IMG/VR virus record: IMGVR_UViG_2654587792_000005
Span: 1-7,936 of that record
Reading direction: 5' to 3' (one strand)
Length of the DNA stretch: 7,936 bases
From: a virus
Lineage: Duplodnaviria; Heunggongvirae; Uroviricota; Caudoviricetes
Both the position numbers and the translations under genes were made by a program. Position 1 is the stretch's first letter. The number at the start of each line of letters is the position of its first letter. Below the pieces are notes generated by a model, which was not told the DNA's origin, did not search any database, and saw nothing but the letters and a program-made list of their open reading frames with translations. Shown here one piece after another: positions 1 to 6,851 of the stretch.

Positions 1-411
1 GCTATCCTCCAGCAGGGAGTGATGGCTAACGGCGATTTCTTTGATGAACGCCACGGCCTGGACTGGTTACAGAATTATGTGCAGACCAACCTCTATAACC
101 TGCTTTATACCAGCACCACGAAAGTTCCCCAGACTGAAGCCGGTATTACCCGACTGTTATCAAATGTTGAAAAATCACTGGATCAGGCCGTTCAGAATGG
201 ACTGATTGCTCCGGGCGTATGGAACGGGGGCGACCTTGGTCAGTTGTCATCAGGTGACACACTGCCCAAAGGTTATTACGTATACGCCCAGCCGCTGGAT
301 GAACAGGCACAATCAGAACGTGAAGCCCGTAAGGCTCCGGTGATTCAGGCTGCAATAAAACTTGCAGGCGCGGTTCATTACGCTGACGTACAGATTAACG
401 TTGTTCGCTAA
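1..411 (+). CDS. Contractile tail sheath protein, C-terminal part (5-prime end lies upstream of the window)
   Basis: The frame is open from nt 1 ([15 protein letters not shown]...), so the GTG at 19 and ATG at 22 are probably internal codons. Stop TAA 409-411. It lies immediately upstream of the tube, chaperone-with-frameshift and tape measure genes, the canonical sheath position. The call rests on synteny, not on a recognised catalytic motif. Confidence 0.55.
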   Translation, partial: AILQQGVMANGDFFDERHGLDWLQNYVQTNLYNLLYTSTTKVPQTEAGITRLLSNVEKSLDQAVQNGLIAPGVWNGGDLGQLSSGDTLPKGYYVYAQPLDEQAQSEREARKAPVIQAAIKLAGAVHYADVQINVVR

Positions 412-421
412 GGGGAAGTGA

Positions 422-862
422 ATGTCTACCTATTCTTTTATGGATGTCACTGCGACGCTGACCGGCCCGACCGGTTCGATTGACCTCGGGTACGGTTCTG
501 CAAGTTCTGAAGAGGGGATTGTGGTTGCGATGGGCGGTCCTAAAAACACCATGACCATCGGTGCTGATGGTGAAGTGATGCACAGCCTCCATGCAGATAA
601 AAGCGGGACGATTACCGTTAACCTTCTGAAGACATCACCGACAAATAAAAAATTGTCGCTGGCGTATAACGCACAGAGCCAGTCTTCTGCCACATGGGGG
701 AATAACGTTATCGTGATCCGCAACAAGGTCAGCGGCGACATCATCACGGCACGCAGTGTTGCGTTCCAGAAACAACCGGATAATGCCAACGCTAAAACCG
801 GTAATACGATGCCGTGGGTGTTTGACTGCGGCAAGATTGACCAGGTTCTCGGGGAGTTTTAA
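422..862 (+). CDS. Tail tube protein (146 aa)
   Basis: ATG 422 follows a purine-rich RBS (AGGGGAAG, 411-418) and the sheath stop by 10 nt. Size and position directly upstream of the chaperone gene are typical of a myovirus tube protein. Stop TAA 860-862. Confidence 0.6.
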   Translation: MSTYSFMDVTATLTGPTGSIDLGYGSASSEEGIVVAMGGPKNTMTIGADGEVMHSLHADKSGTITVNLLKTSPTNKKLSLAYNAQSQSSATWGNNVIVIRNKVSGDIITARSVAFQKQPDNANAKTGNTMPWVFDCGKIDQVLGEF

Positions 863-865
863 TAC

Positions 866-1321
866 ATGGAATTCGAAATCAAAGGCGTGAAATATCGCGT
901 GGCAAAACTCAGCGTTTTTGACCAGCTGAAAGTGACCCGCAAACTTCTGCCGGTGGTACTGGCGGGAATGATGTCAGATTTCGGGAGCATTCGCTCCCGT
1001 TTGCCTGCTGACGGCAAAATCGACACCGTGAAATTCGAGCAGTTAAAACCGGTGTTTGAAACCATGCTCCCGCGTATCGCTGAGGAACTGTCTTCCCTGA
1101 CCGAAGATGACACCGATGCGATTATTCATCCCTGTCTTGCGGTGGTATCGCGGCGTCATATGGACGGATGGGTGCCGGTATTTACCCAGGGCGAACTGAT
1201 GTTTGATGATATTGACCTGCTGGTCATGCTGCAGCTGGTGGCGCGGGTGGTCGCCGATTCGCTGGGAAATTTTTTGCCTACACCCCTTACCAGCACGACG
1301 CAGAGCCTGCAACAGGGCTGA
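866..1321 (+). CDS. Tail assembly chaperone, short in-frame product (151 aa; gpG / P2 gpE analogue)
   Basis: ATG 866 has GGGGAG (851-856) 9 nt upstream. It is a small protein directly upstream of the tape measure gene and carries a slippery site near its 3-prime end. Stop TGA 1319-1321. Confidence 0.7.
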   Translation: MEFEIKGVKYRVAKLSVFDQLKVTRKLLPVVLAGMMSDFGSIRSRLPADGKIDTVKFEQLKPVFETMLPRIAEELSSLTEDDTDAIIHPCLAVVSRRHMDGWVPVFTQGELMFDDIDLLVMLQLVARVVADSLGNFLPTPLTSTTQSLQQG

Positions 1322-1518
1322 CGTTTAACAGCCTGCCGGACGGGCTGTCCTACCTTCTCAATCCGGTTGACGCCGGGTTAATTCCTTATACAGCACTTAA
1401 AGATGGCTCTGTCGATTTGTACGACATTGCTCTCTTGAATGACCATCTGGCGGTAAAAGCGGATAACCAGCGGCGCATTGAGAAATGGAGAGAGGATAAT
1501 GAACGCCGAGACTATTAA
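866..1518 (+). CDS. Tail assembly chaperone, -1 frameshift fusion product (about 217 aa; gpGT / P2 gpE+E-prime analogue)
   Basis: After the slippery run at 1264-1276 the -1 frame has no stop for 82 codons (FFAYTPYQHDAEPATGLTFNSLPDGLSYLLNPVDAGLIPYTALKDGSVDLYDIALLNDHLAVKADNQRRIEKWREDNERRDY), ending at TAA 1516-1518, 17 nt past the tape measure ATG. I translated this by hand; the extension has no start codon, so the ORF track cannot show it. Confidence 0.6.
1264..1276 (+). other. Programmed -1 ribosomal frameshift slippery site (GGGAAAT overlapping TTTTTTG)
   Basis: Sequence GGGAAATTTTTTG. In the chaperone frame the codons are GGA AAT TTT TTG, so both G_GGA_AAT (1264-1270) and T_TTT_TTG (1270-1276) fit the X_XXY_YYZ heptamer rule. 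Phage lambda G/GT uses the closely related G_GGA_AAG. Confidence 0.55.
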
Positions 1519-3487
1519 AGATTTCCTCGTCTCGCTTGGCTTCAGTGTGGATGATGCAGGAGCGAAAAAATTCGGTTCTGTCCTCGCCGGTACAACTGCA
1601 AATGTCATCAAAATGGGGCTGGCCGTCGAAGGAGCGGCGCTGTCCGTGGTGGCCTTCACGGCTAAGATCGCCTCCGGCCTGGATAATCTTTACTGGGCGT
1701 CACAGCGCACCGGCGCGACAGTCCAGGGAATTCAGTCTATTGGCTATGCGGTTTCGCAGGTTGGCGGCAGCGTGGACGCTGCGCGATCTTCTCTGGAAAA
1801 CCTCTCCCGGTTTATTCGTAATAATCCCGGGGCGGAGGGATTTCTGAATCGTCTGGGGGTACAGACACGGGATGCCAGCGGTAACATGCGTGACATGGCC
1901 GCTATTTTTACAGGGGTAGGCCAGAAGCTCAGCGACATGCCGTATTACCGTGCTAACCAGTATGCGCAGATGCTGGGCATTGACGAAAATACCCTGTTGG
2001 CTATGCGTCGCGGTGTGGGTGGCTTCTCCGGGCAGTACAGCGCAATGGCGAAAGCTATCGGCTTCAATGCTGACGAGGCGGCCAGAAGCTCCAACAAATT
2101 TATGACCTCCCTGCGTGAGTTTGGCGCGATGGCAGGCATGGCCCGTGACAAAATCGGCTCTAATCTTGCGGGTGGGCTTGCGGGTTCGCTGGACACACTG
2201 CGCCGCCATATCCTGGACAACTTCCCGCGTATCGAGCAGACCCTGACGAAAGCCATAAAAGGCATTCTGGCGCTCGGGGATATTATCGGGCGGCTGTTCT
2301 TCAGACTGATTGAGGGGACATCAGGCCTCATCACCTGGTGGCAATCGCTGGATAAGCAAACGCGGGAGTTGATCTCGCTGTTTGGCGCACTGACGATTGC
2401 GCTGCGCATTCTGAACAGTACGTTCTGGATGTCGCCGATTGGCCTCATTACCGCGCTGGCGGCGGGGATTGCCCTCCTGTGGGAGGACTATCAGACCTGG
2501 AAGGAAGGCGGCGACAGCCTGATTGACTGGGGCAAGTGGAAACCGGAGGTTGATGCCGCGCTGAAGATGGTTCGTGACCTTAAAACGACCGTTAACGACC
2601 TGGTGAAAGCGCTGGCGAAACTGCTCAATATTGACCCCAAATCATGGTCCCTGAAGTGGGATTTCAGCAACTTCATCGACCAGATGGGCGAATTCAGCAA
2701 AATGCTGAACATGATCGCCGACCTGCTCAACGCTATCAAAGATGGCCGCTGGGCTGATGCCGTCAGCATCGGCAAACAGATACTTAATCAGGGCAGCGAA
2801 AATCCGTCAGCGATGCCGATGGTTACAGACAGCGCTAACAGTACTGCCGACTGGATTAAAGAGCACTGGGGATTTGATCCCCGCAGTGTGGGCCGGACGG
2901 TACGCGGCTGGTTTGGTGATGATGAGCCGGAACAACATGCACAGGCTACGAAACGAGGAGAACGGAATAACAATCCGGGAAACCTTAATTTTGCTGGTCA
3001 GGCAGGGGCTTCTCTTGAACGCCCGGGCGGGCGATTTGCCAGATTTGAAACTGCCTTTGATGGATTACGGGCTCTTGCTCGTCAGTTAATGCTGTACGCC
3101 GGACGGGGAATAAACAGTGTGGAGAAAATTATCTCTACCTGGGCACCTGCGTCTGATAATAACAACACAACCGCGTATATCAGGGCTGTATCGCAACGAC
3201 TGGGAGTGGATCCCCGGGCTGCCCTGAATATGAGCGATCCGCAAACCATGTCAGCATTGATGAGCAGCATTATCCAGCATGAGAATGGAAGAAATATCTA
3301 TTCTCGGGAGCTGATTAATAAGGCTGCCGTGGCGGGAATTAGTGGCAAAGTGACAGAGGTTAACCAGCAAAATACCTACCACATTTACGGTGGCGGAGAT
3401 CCGCACGCTGTCGGTAATGAGGTTGCACGTCGGCAACAGTCTGCAAATGCTCAGGTCATGCGAAGTAATCAGGTGAGGGTGGGTTAG
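1499..3487 (+). CDS. Tail tape measure protein (663 aa from ATG 1499; the ORF track begins at in-frame TTG 1478)
   Basis: Longest gene in the window, immediately after the chaperone/frameshift gene. ATG 1499 is preceded by GGAGAGAGG (1487-1495). The N-terminal half is Ala/Gly-rich. There is a long hydrophobic segment (LISLFGALTIALRILNSTFWMSPIGLITALAAGIALLW) and a distinct C-terminal module (NNNPGNLNF...IIQHENG). Stop TAG 3485-3487. Confidence 0.8.
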   Translation: MNAETIKDFLVSLGFSVDDAGAKKFGSVLAGTTANVIKMGLAVEGAALSVVAFTAKIASGLDNLYWASQRTGATVQGIQSIGYAVSQVGGSVDAARSSLENLSRFIRNNPGAEGFLNRLGVQTRDASGNMRDMAAIFTGVGQKLSDMPYYRANQYAQMLGIDENTLLAMRRGVGGFSGQYSAMAKAIGFNADEAARSSNKFMTSLREFGAMAGMARDKIGSNLAGGLAGSLDTLRRHILDNFPRIEQTLTKAIKGILALGDIIGRLFFRLIEGTSGLITWWQSLDKQTRELISLFGALTIALRILNSTFWMSPIGLITALAAGIALLWEDYQTWKEGGDSLIDWGKWKPEVDAALKMVRDLKTTVNDLVKALAKLLNIDPKSWSLKWDFSNFIDQMGEFSKMLNMIADLLNAIKDGRWADAVSIGKQILNQGSENPSAMPMVTDSANSTADWIKEHWGFDPRSVGRTVRGWFGDDEPEQHAQATKRGERNNNPGNLNFAGQAGASLERPGGRFARFETAFDGLRALARQLMLYAGRGINSVEKIISTWAPASDNNNTTAYIRAVSQRLGVDPRAALNMSDPQTMSALMSSIIQHENGRNIYSRELINKAAVAGISGKVTEVNQQNTYHIYGGGDPHAVGNEVARRQQSANAQVMRSNQVRVG

Positions 3488-4074
3488 TGGATATTCTCTC
3501 TACACTTTTTCATCAGCAGAGCAGAAAAATAGGAATGATTGTTCCCAGTGTTGTTATTTCAGAGAAGCATACAGATATGCTTGAAATAACAGAGCATCCG
3601 GTAGAGGTTGGGGCCGCTGTCGCTGATCATGCCTATAAAAAACCGTCAGAAGTGGTGATGGAGGTTGGTTTCGCCGGTGGCGGCGCATTGCTGGATTTTG
3701 CCAGTAATCTGACGGCTACCAGCCTGCTCGGCCTGAGTCCTCAGCAGACGTATCAGGAGCTACTGGATCTGCAGGAAAGCCGTATCCCCTTCGATGTGGT
3801 AACCGGTAAACGACTGTACAGCAACATGTTGATCCGGGCGCTGGAAGTGACGACGGACAAGACAACCGAAAACGTCCTGTCCGCCGTCCTCACCCTGAGG
3901 GAGGTCCTTATCTCCCGGACACAGCAGATTACCGTCGCGGATAAAACCAACATGAAGGAAGGGGCCAGCACGTCGGCGGTACAGAATAGCGGCAACAAAA
4001 CCACAAAGCCTCCAGATACTTCACTGCTGAAAAGCATCACGGGTAACGTGGCGTCATTACTGGGGGGCGGCTAA
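3487..4074 (+). CDS. Tail or baseplate-proximal protein of unknown function (195 aa)
   Basis: GTG start overlaps the tape measure stop (TAGTG, 3485-3489), indicating translational coupling. GC is like the rest of the tail module. No motif I can name. Confidence 0.5.
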   Translation: MDILSTLFHQQSRKIGMIVPSVVISEKHTDMLEITEHPVEVGAAVADHAYKKPSEVVMEVGFAGGGALLDFASNLTATSLLGLSPQQTYQELLDLQESRIPFDVVTGKRLYSNMLIRALEVTTDKTTENVLSAVLTLREVLISRTQQITVADKTNMKEGASTSAVQNSGNKTTKPPDTSLLKSITGNVASLLGGG

Positions 4075-4376
4075 TGACAATTCAGGAAATTCCGCTGACA
4101 GCGGACAACCAGCAGTTCAGCATCGTCCTAGGTGGTGTCACCTGGCGGATTAGCATCATATGGCGCGATCTGTACTGGATTATGGACCTGCAGAACGACA
4201 GAGGGGAGCCGGTAATCTCCGGTATTCCTCTCGTCACTGGTGCCGACCTGCTGGCGCAGTACGCCTGTATGGGACTTGGTTTTAAGCTGTTGGTGGTCTG
4301 CGATGACAACACACAGGATTATCCCACGAAAACTGACCTGGGCGGGCGCAGTCATTTACTGGTATCAACGGAGTAA
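4074..4376 (+). CDS. Small tail/baseplate protein of unknown function (100 aa)
   Basis: ATG overlaps the preceding stop (TAATG, 4072-4076) with a G-rich stretch upstream. It sits between the tape measure-proximal gene and the hub-like gene. Function is not recognisable from sequence. Confidence 0.45.
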   Translation: MTIQEIPLTADNQQFSIVLGGVTWRISIIWRDLYWIMDLQNDRGEPVISGIPLVTGADLLAQYACMGLGFKLLVVCDDNTQDYPTKTDLGGRSHLLVSTE

Positions 4377-4378
4377 GC

Positions 4379-5443
4379 ATGACACAGAACTGGATGAGAC
4401 ATTTCGAGCTGCAGCTTGTGGACGGGAACGGTCAGGGAATTGAGCTAAGTGATTTTAAAGTCACCTTTACGATCGACTGGTTCAACATCAGCAGCGCGTC
4501 CCGGGTAGGGACTATCAAAATTTATAACCTCTCGGCAGATACTGTGAACCGAATTACCGGGCAGGAGTTTTCGAAAGTGCGTCTGATTGCGGGTTACGAC
4601 GGTATCGCGCCGGAGGTGTCGGCAAGCGATGTCGGGACCGTGCGGGAGGTTGATGCGGCGGACGTGGGCCAGAGTGATGGCCGCAACTACGGACTGATTT
4701 TCAGCGGTGAAATTCGCTACTCGGTCACAGGAAAAGACAGCCCGGTTGATTCCTACGTCCTGATTCAGGCAGCAGATACTGATCTGGCTTTTGCCACCAG
4801 TATAACCTCACAGACGCTGGCTGCCGGTTACACGGTCGCTGATGTAAACCGTGCGCTGATGAAAGACTTCGAAGCCAAAGGCGCGACCGAAGGCCTGACG
4901 CCTGAAATGCCTGCTACTGTATTCCCCCGGGGGCGGGTACTCTTTGGCATGACGCGGCATCTAATGGATAACGTAGCCGGACAATGTGGCGCAACATGGC
5001 AATTCGTGGACGGTCAGCGCCAGATGGTGGCGAATAACGAATATGTTCACGAAGCGATTGTGCTCAACAGCGCTACCGGGCTTATTGGAATGCCGCAGCA
5101 GACTATCGGTAACGGCGTAAACGTCCGCGCGCTTATTAATCCGAACATCCGGGTTAACGGGCTCATTCAGCTGGATCAGGCTTCCGTCTATCGTACCGCG
5201 TTGTCGAACAACGATATTGCGATGGCTGGTGGTCAGATCACCGACCAGAACACGGACGGAAATATTACGCTAAGCGGCACCACATCGCAGCCTGCCAGCA
5301 TCGCAACGGATGGCGTTTATATTGTTCGCGGGATTATGTACACTGGCGACACAAGGGGCCAGGCGTGGTACATGGATATGATGTGCGAAGCGCGTGGGGC
5401 TAGCGATATACCTAGCCAGTTGGCAATGCAACGGGGAGCGTAA
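4379..5443 (+). CDS. Baseplate hub-like protein (354 aa; assigned by size and synteny)
   Basis: ATG 4379 lies 2 nt after the previous stop, with ACGGAG upstream. A roughly 350-aa protein between the tape measure and spike genes is where gp27/gpD-type hub proteins sit in contractile tails. I did not recognise a specific motif. Stop TAA 5441-5443. Confidence 0.45.
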   Translation: MTQNWMRHFELQLVDGNGQGIELSDFKVTFTIDWFNISSASRVGTIKIYNLSADTVNRITGQEFSKVRLIAGYDGIAPEVSASDVGTVREVDAADVGQSDGRNYGLIFSGEIRYSVTGKDSPVDSYVLIQAADTDLAFATSITSQTLAAGYTVADVNRALMKDFEAKGATEGLTPEMPATVFPRGRVLFGMTRHLMDNVAGQCGATWQFVDGQRQMVANNEYVHEAIVLNSATGLIGMPQQTIGNGVNVRALINPNIRVNGLIQLDQASVYRTALSNNDIAMAGGQITDQNTDGNITLSGTTSQPASIATDGVYIVRGIMYTGDTRGQAWYMDMMCEARGASDIPSQLAMQRGA

Positions 5444-5445
5444 GC

Positions 5446-5907
5446 GTGAAAAAACAGGTGATAGTTGCAATAACGATGCTGATTTCTACGACTTCTTTTG
5501 CCGAACCAGGTAAGTTTGAATTTAAAGCAGCCGACCTGATGGAGCAGCAAAAGTTTACGGAATGGCAACATTACGCATCTGTGAAGCCTTTTTTCTCAAT
5601 GAATGGGCGACGTTTTACAATGACCTTAGATGATTTCGCTGACATCATCAGGAACACATTCCAGCAATGTAATGATTTGGACGCATACACCAACCGCAAA
5701 GGAACCCGGGATTCTTGTCAGGAATATATTTACAACGGTATGAAAGAGTGGATAAAACTGTCAAAGGATCCTAGTGTTAGTCCGCAAGCATGGAAAATTG
5801 GTGCTAGATATGCTTTCAACACAAATAATCCTGTCCCCGGTAGTAATGTGATTGATTTTAATGGTTGGGCTGGTGGTATTCGTGTTGCAAAATCAAAAGG
5901 GTTCTAA
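5446..5907 (+). CDS. Secreted or periplasmic protein of unknown function with N-terminal signal peptide (153 aa); accessory (moron) gene
   Basis: GTG 5446 has GGGGAG (5433-5438) 7 nt upstream and lies 2 nt after the hub stop. The N-terminus MKKQVIVAITMLISTTSFA-EP has two lysines, a hydrophobic core and a probable SFA cleavage site. The mature part has two Cys (QQCNDLD, DSCQEY). Hand-counted GC is about 38% at 5461-5520, versus about 58% at 2401-2460 in the tape measure gene. Confidence 0.6.
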   Translation: MKKQVIVAITMLISTTSFAEPGKFEFKAADLMEQQKFTEWQHYASVKPFFSMNGRRFTMTLDDFADIIRNTFQQCNDLDAYTNRKGTRDSCQEYIYNGMKEWIKLSKDPSVSPQAWKIGARYAFNTNNPVPGSNVIDFNGWAGGIRVAKSKGF

Positions 5908-6022
5908 TGGCACTAGAGTAGAAAATCCTCGATTTTTCAGGGAAATGGGCTCGTAGTAAAATCTAGAGATTCATTTTCTAAGGGGGATTTTGTGCGAAAC
6001 TACTAAGTAGACCAGATGTGGA

Positions 6023-6052
6023 TTGACTAAACTGTATACGCGAACATAAAAT
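6023..6052 (+). promoter_or_regulatory. Candidate sigma70-type promoter for the two-gene operon
   Basis: TTGACT (6023-6028), an 18-nt spacer, then TAAAAT (6047-6052), in the AT-rich 173-bp intergenic region about 30 nt upstream of GTG 6081. Sequence match only. Confidence 0.4.
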
Positions 6053-6080
6053 CTGACAAAAAATAAGTAGTGAGTGAACT

Positions 6081-6851
6081 GTGGCGAGACCAAAACTAAA
6101 AGCCGAAGAGCGTTTTGACCAGTTGATTAATGTAATCAACAGTGGGGAGCCACTTGATATGTGGACTTTCCGAGAAGTGGTTTCGGAGTATGGTTCTAAT
6201 CATACTCCTATGGCTGAAGCACTTGTAGCGTTGGCTTATATAGCTAAGGGTGAGGTGCTCTTTGGGATTGAGTCGCTTGAGGTCATCCTTCCACATGCTG
6301 ACGTTAATTTCGCACGGATCTTTTGTAAACTTCTCGAGCGATTTTCTCTACTCGAAAAACTGGATTACTACATATATTCTTTAGCTGATAAGTTTCCTAC
6401 AAAGTGGTTTACTTACAAAGCTGGCGGCGTTGCGTACTTGGTAGGGAAACTATCGAAATGCGTGGAGTATTTAGGGCGTCATTGCAAAATGTTATCCGAA
6501 GAAGAGCATAGGGATGACGCAGAAACCTTCTTGCAGGAGGTAATTAACGATATGGATGAAGCTTATAAAAATTCAGGGTGCTCTTCAGAGCAATATAGGC
6601 AAGTTGCCTTGGCTGTGCACAGAGTTATGGCTGAATTCCCGTCAACTGAATATCGCGCGGACATTAACGGGGCGTCTGGTGGAACGTATTTGGTTGAGGT
6701 GGTTAAGGCGTCTCCAGAGCGGGTTGTTGCAATGAATATGCGACTTGCTGATGAAATCTGCTCGATCGATTTGCTTGATGATTGTAACCTGATAGCAAGA
6801 TTTTCCGTTGAAAGAAATGGATTAAAAGAGTGTAAATATGCCTATAACTAG
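6081..6851 (+). CDS. Hypothetical protein, first gene of accessory two-gene operon (256 aa from GTG 6081, or 230 aa from ATG 6159); putative HEPN-like partner or effector
   Basis: Low-GC ORF (about 42% by hand count at 6081-6140). GTG 6081 has a weak RBS, whereas the in-frame ATG at 6159 has GGGGAG (6144-6149) 9 nt upstream, so the true start is uncertain. The C-terminal half contains YRQVALAVH (R173-x6-H180, nt 6597-6620), preceded by the acidic helix DAETFLQEVINDMDEAYKN. The stop TAG 6849-6851 overlaps the next gene by 14 nt. Confidence 0.55.
   Translation: MARPKLKAEERFDQLINVINSGEPLDMWTFREVVSEYGSNHTPMAEALVALAYIAKGEVLFGIESLEVILPHADVNFARIFCKLLERFSLLEKLDYYIYSLADKFPTKWFTYKAGGVAYLVGKLSKCVEYLGRHCKMLSEEEHRDDAETFLQEVINDMDEAYKNSGCSSEQYRQVALAVHRVMAEFPSTEYRADINGASGGTYLVEVVKASPERVVAMNMRLADEICSIDLLDDCNLIARFSVERNGLKECKYAYN

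Noticed and set aside
430-834. Minus-strand 134-aa ORF antisense to the tube gene, and similar antisense ORFs at 146-355, 395-592, 859-1113, 1043-1312 and 1378-1659
   Set aside because: All overlap the co-directional, translationally coupled + strand tail genes; 1378-1659 also overlaps the frameshift extension. Most likely artefacts of GC-rich sequence.
1478-1498. TTG at 1478 as the tape measure start (as given by the ORF track)
   Set aside because: The in-frame ATG at 1499 has a better Shine-Dalgarno match (GGAGAGAGG) and the TTG extension adds only 7 residues; ATG 1499 is preferred but not certain.
1536-1847. 103-aa + strand ORF in an alternative frame inside the tape measure gene
   Set aside because: Same-strand out-of-frame overlap with the tape measure gene, an Arg/Trp/Pro-rich product and no independent support.
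1700-2448. Minus-strand ORFs of 169 and 167 aa (1700-2209, 1945-2448), plus 2491-2775 (-), inside the tape measure gene
   Set aside because: They lie entirely antisense to a well-supported long + strand gene in GC-rich DNA, where long spurious antisense ORFs are common. They have no RBS context and odd, Arg/Ser/Pro-rich compositions.
5920-5938. Hairpin GAAAATC-CTC-GATTTTTC as a terminator for the signal-peptide gene
   Set aside because: The stem is AT-rich with a bulge and is not followed by a T-run on the + strand, so it is unlikely to be an intrinsic terminator. Kept only as a possible regulatory element.
6096-6296. 66-aa minus-strand ORF antisense to the start of the 256-aa gene
   Set aside because: No promoter or RBS support, and it overlaps the better-supported sense gene. 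A cis-antisense RNA regulator cannot be excluded, but nothing in the sequence argues for it.
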